A stretch of 54,757 nucleotides of DNA from a virus (Duplodnaviria; Caudoviricetes): the IMG/VR virus record IMGVR_UViG_3300032270_000402, positions 1 through 54,757 of that record. One strand, given 5' to 3'. The position numbers and the translations under genes are program-made. Numbering within the stretch: position 1 is the stretch's first letter; each line of letters starts with the position of its first letter. Positions 54,316-54,757 of the stretch are shown piece after piece. The notes beneath the pieces are model-generated. The model searched no databases and was not told where the DNA came from. It saw only the letters and a list, made by a program, of their open reading frames with translations.

Positions 54316-54757
54316 CCTAGACATACTCACCCCACGCGGGCAGGAATCCCTCCGGCAGGAGCGGATCCTGCTGGACGCTGTCAGCAAGGCCTACGGGTTC
54401 GATATACTGGAGACGGCCAAAGACCAGCCCTGTGAGGTCGATGGCTTTCTGGCGCGCGATGGCGTGATCTGTGGCGTGTTTGAGAGCAAGTGCCGCAAGC
54501 TCACCCGTGCCCAGATGCGCAAGTTTGATGACCGGTGGCTCGTGACCTTTGAGAAGATCTTAGCCGGGTTGCGGTTCAGCAAGTTGCTGATGGTGCCGTT
54601 CTACGGCCTCGTGTACCTGACGGAGGAGCCCGTTGGGCTCATGATTCAGATCAGCGATGCCACGGGCAGCCCTATTGTGAATATGGAGGTGGCGCAGACC
54701 ACCACGCAGCGCACGGTAAATGGCGGGACGATCCAGCGAGCCAATGCGTACATCGAT
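54308..54757 (+). CDS. PD-(D/E)XK nuclease-like protein, 3'-truncated
   Basis: AGGAG RBS; MVSLDILTPRGQES...EVDGFL...VFESKCR; open to the window end. Confidence 0.6.
   Translation, partial: MVSLDILTPRGQESLRQERILLDAVSKAYGFDILETAKDQPCEVDGFLARDGVICGVFESKCRKLTRAQMRKFDDRWLVTFEKILAGLRFSKLLMVPFYGLVYLTEEPVGLMIQISDATGSPIVNMEVAQTTTQRTVNGGTIQRANAYID

Noticed and set aside
1-54757. tRNA or rRNA genes, integrase/att sites, terminal repeats, alternative genetic code
   Set aside because: None recognised by eye. Genes are intact under the standard code, and both window ends fall inside genes with no shared sequence.

Overview
The window is most of the genome of a tailed dsDNA phage with a podovirus-like gene set. 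It has no integrase, CI repressor, DNA polymerase or RNA polymerase, and it uses host sigma70-type promoters. Both ends cut through genes. Order on the + strand: terS (5'-truncated), a structured intergenic island, terL, a GIY-YIG homing endonuclease, a 1066-aa polyvalent protein, portal, GroES-like co-chaperonin, scaffold, Mu gpT-like major capsid protein, an EndoVII-type homing endonuclease, a candidate Mu-gpT-DE RNA, head/neck genes, a 2338-aa repetitive tail fibre plus a second fibre/adhesin module, a lysis cassette (M15 endolysin), adaptor/nozzle genes and five large internal (ejection-type) proteins. A - strand recombination operon (Sak4-like ATPase, DUF669 SSB, Cas4-like exonuclease, SF2 helicase) diverges from a + strand Cro-like/primase-helicase operon and many small genes. 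Strongest candidate for an undescribed system: a short [YFMLHKS]-A-x-G-G-x-[VLM] motif occurs about 17 times in four proteins of the virion module and marks domain boundaries, including those between three enzyme-like domains (Wnt-like DUF6973, LPD23 + HExxH peptidase, ADP-ribosyltransferase-like). This suggests a signal for processing or packaging virion-delivered effectors. All family assignments come from motif recognition by eye; no searches were run.
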